64,000 nucleotides of DNA from Octopus sinensis. Taxonomy: Eukaryota. The first letter of the stretch is position 1. The number at the start of each line of letters is the position of its first letter. The notes under the pieces were generated by a model, which saw only the letters and a program-made list of their open reading frames with translations, was not told the DNA's origin and did no database searches. Of this stretch, positions 63,850-64,000 are shown in pieces. A program made the position numbers and the translations under genes. The DNA lies in contig NC_043002.1 of assembly GCF_006345805.1 (NCBI RefSeq), positions 12,400,001 through 12,464,000 on the forward strand. Direction: 5' to 3'.

Positions 63850-64000
63850 TTCAAGTGAATGTGTGATCAAATAATATAGGTGGAAAAGAGAAAACCTATG
63901 ATGAACTATTGAAAAATCTGCAGTTACGCAATCCAGACTACAAGTTCACGTTTATATCTGTAATTATTGAGGTATTGGAATATCTAACACAATGCCTAAA
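63850..64000 (+). mobile_element. Second R4/Dong-like REL fragment (runs off window)
   Basis: GKEKTYDELLKNLQLRNPDYKFTFISVIIEVLEYLTQCL aligns by eye to the 49670-50160 copy (NLQLLYPDYEFIFIPII). Confidence 0.7.

Overview
Repeat-dominated, AT-rich eukaryotic DNA, mostly intronic or intergenic. The tRNA-derived SINE families and the microsatellite load suggest an Octopus (coleoid cephalopod) genome; this is inferred from family recognition, not from a database search. Most computed ORFs are microsatellite translations. The real coding-derived segments are decayed transposons: a TIR-complete Tc1 (48019-49260), a TIR-complete internally deleted mariner (55020-55896), a mariner 5' end, two maT/DD37D-type fragments, a Gypsy 5'LTR-gag-protease remnant, a Penelope RT/GIY-YIG remnant, and CR1-, RTE- and R4/Dong-type LINE pieces. 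A few splice-flanked exon candidates occur on both strands, but no host gene could be named. The most striking signal is a cluster of type I hammerhead ribozyme (HHR) folds found by eye. One is near-canonical and sits in both arms of a ~1.4 kb palindrome (35147-35197, 36440-36490). One lies in a 356-bp terminally redundant, retrozyme-like unit (31728-32198), one has a compensatory G3:C8 core (44177-44227), and weaker ones lie at 52214, 62701 and 26068. A 22-bp fragment starting exactly at the predicted cleavage site abuts a perfect 92-bp inverted repeat (57313-57547). One SINE family forms head-to-tail arrays that look like repeated insertion into its own tRNA head.
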